This document shows, piece after piece, positions 26,917 to 28,642 of a stretch of DNA of 28,642 bases. Both the position numbers and the translations under genes were made by a program. Each line of letters opens with the position of its first letter. Positions within the stretch are counted from its first letter, which is position 1. The notes beneath the pieces are model-generated. The model saw only the letters and a program-made list of their open reading frames with translations. It was not told the origin of the DNA and did no database searches. Location: the sequence record SRR31156797_360, one strand, 5' to 3'.

Positions 26917-26948
26917 GAGTCGAGGTATGAAAATGTCTCGACTCTTTT
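26917..26948 (+). terminator. Intrinsic terminator after the EEP gene
   Basis: GAGTCGAGGTAT-GAAA-ATGTCTCGACTC followed by TTTT. Confidence 0.75.
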
Positions 26949-27031
26949 ACTAAACCTTAAATGTAGTTAACTATATAATGTATTTATATTTAACTTATGC
27001 TCAGAATATGAACATTTACTGAAATTTATGC

Positions 27032-27060
27032 TTGACTAGTTCACTTCTTATTACTAATCT
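27032..27060 (+). promoter_or_regulatory. Candidate sigma70 promoter for the MFS gene
   Basis: TTGACT-N17-TAATCT. Confidence 0.4.
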
Positions 27061-27169
27061 TTAATCCATATAGAACGATGTGTTGAATTTATAGGCGCAC
27101 ATTTTACTAAGAGGGAATTTTCAATTTAAGTGCATTAAAAGTGCTTGATTGATGAGGAGAAGTTTTTAT

Positions 27170-28510
27170 ATGAATCAGAACAGCGTACCTGTGCAGGCGT
27201 GGATGACTACCTTTGCCGGCACAGCAATCAACGCATGTCTGGGTATACTATATGCCTGGAGTGTGTGGAAAAAGTCTCTTGTTAATGAAGAGTTAGCCGG
27301 TCAGACAATGGACGGTATCAACTCAGGGTGGGTGTATCTCAACAATGCTCAGGCAGCTACACCTTTCTCTTTATGTGTTATTTTCTTTGCTCTGACGATG
27401 ATCCCTGGTGGAAAGATTCGTGATGCATTCGGACCTAAATTTGGTGCGACCCTCGGCGGTCTTCTGCTTGCTGCTGGTTGTATACTCGCAGGTTATATGC
27501 AGAGTTATATGGGGCTTGTGGTTGGTTTTGGAGTGCTTGGCGGTGCCGCTATGGGTATCGGATACGCTTCGCCGACACCTGCGGCTCTTGCGTGGTTCGG
27601 TCCACAGAGGCGTGGTGTTGTAGCCGGACTTGTTGTTATGGGCTACGGTGGTGCGGCTCTTTACATAGCTCCACTTGCACGTCTTCTCATTGATAAGTAT
27701 GGCATATCAGGCAGTTTTACCATCCTTGGCGTTTTCTTTGCGTTGGTTGTAATTGTTGCCGGACAGCTTCTTTTAACACCGCCAGAGGGGTATGTCCCAC
27801 CTCATACACCGGATAAAAATGAAAATGACAGCCTCAATCCAAGAGCTGCAAAAGCGACATCTAAGGACTGGGCTTGGTATGAGATGATCAAGACTAAACA
27901 GTATTGGATGCTCCTTATAATGTTTATATTCGCCACACAGTCCGGTCTGCTGATTATCGGTAATGCGGCTAAGATGCTCGCTACCAGTGCGGCGGCTATT
28001 CCGTTTCTCGCTGCGAACGGCTGGATACTCGCCTCCTACGGCGGAATAATGAACGCCGCCGGGCGACCTTGTACTGGGGTTTACTCTGACGGGTGGAGCA
28101 GAATGAAAGCTTACGCTCTTAACAGTGCGCTTGCGGCTATCGCTCTCGCTTGTATGCCTATGATCATGGCGTCACAGAATATATTCTTTCTTTTCCTTGC
28201 TGTGGGGATAGGGTACTGGCAGTACGGTGGATTACTTTCCCTTATGCCGTCATTCATCGCTGATTTCTACGGACCTAAAAATCTCGGAACTAACTTTGGA
28301 GTTGTCTTTTTCGGCTGGGGGCTTGGAGCTTTTATGCCTAGACTTGCCGGAACGATTAAGGACAGGACTGGAAGTATGGACACTGCATTCTACCTTTCAG
28401 CACTGCTTCTGCTTTTGTCTGTAATAATTGCTCTTATGCTCAAGCGACCTGATGATACACACATCGGTGAAGAAGCTGTAGAGCTTAAACCTGCCACAGA
28501 GGCAAGCTGA
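27170..28510 (+). CDS. OFA-family (OxlT/YhjX-like) MFS transporter
   Basis: GILYAWSV, GKIRDAFGP, WFGPQRRG, NAAGR, ADFYGPKNLGTNFG; about 12 TM segments; ATG at 27170 behind GAGGAG. Confidence 0.9.
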   Translation: MNQNSVPVQAWMTTFAGTAINACLGILYAWSVWKKSLVNEELAGQTMDGINSGWVYLNNAQAATPFSLCVIFFALTMIPGGKIRDAFGPKFGATLGGLLLAAGCILAGYMQSYMGLVVGFGVLGGAAMGIGYASPTPAALAWFGPQRRGVVAGLVVMGYGGAALYIAPLARLLIDKYGISGSFTILGVFFALVVIVAGQLLLTPPEGYVPPHTPDKNENDSLNPRAAKATSKDWAWYEMIKTKQYWMLLIMFIFATQSGLLIIGNAAKMLATSAAAIPFLAANGWILASYGGIMNAAGRPCTGVYSDGWSRMKAYALNSALAAIALACMPMIMASQNIFFLFLAVGIGYWQYGGLLSLMPSFIADFYGPKNLGTNFGVVFFGWGLGAFMPRLAGTIKDRTGSMDTAFYLSALLLLLSVIIALMLKRPDDTHIGEEAVELKPATEAS

Positions 28511-28521
28511 AAATAAACCTT

Positions 28522-28551
28522 AAGGGGGCTGAGATTCAGTCCCTTTTTTTT
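28522..28551 (+). terminator. Intrinsic terminator after the MFS gene
   Basis: AAGGGGGCTGA-GAT-TCAGTCCCTTT followed by a T run. Confidence 0.85.
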
Positions 28552-28642
28552 GTTCATTTTCTCTTTTCATTAGTAACATCTATTAGTTATCAAGCCTTCC
28601 GTGAATGACATTATCACTGTTGCACTTCATTAAACATATCAA

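Noticed and set aside
1-28642. CRISPR array, tRNA/rRNA, IS or prophage
   Set aside because: No spaced direct repeats, RNA gene signatures, transposase, integrase or phage genes seen.

Overview
Gene-dense bacterial chromosomal window of transport and housekeeping genes. The gene style suggests an anaerobe of the Deferribacterales/deltaproteobacterial type (inference only). No rRNA, tRNA, CRISPR array, transposase or prophage is visible. In order: a 5'-truncated REC-PP2C-RsbW-like fusion, rsmE, an acyl-ACP thioesterase, an SDR resembling plant pterin aldehyde reductase, and rarD; ydfG, upp and uraA on the minus strand; a threonine aldolase; a polar amino-acid ABC operon headed by an uncalled 52-aa CPxC/CPxH microprotein; a clostripain homologue lacking its catalytic residues, coupled to a CheY-like regulator; a BMP nucleoside ABC operon with xpt and a split LysO pair; a lipoprotein; a Tro-type metal ABC operon whose permease is fused to a DtxR-like domain, divergent from a Fur/PerR gene; a Cys-rich 4Fe-4S protein with a nitroreductase; an EEP nuclease; and an OFA-family MFS transporter. 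Best candidates for new biology: the Zn-ribbon microprotein plus domain-inserted permease, the pseudo-clostripain, the permease-DtxR operon with an extra unknown subunit, and a GGA-rich multi-hairpin element between ydfG and upp that resembles a CsrA-binding RNA. All family assignments come from motif recognition, not database searches.
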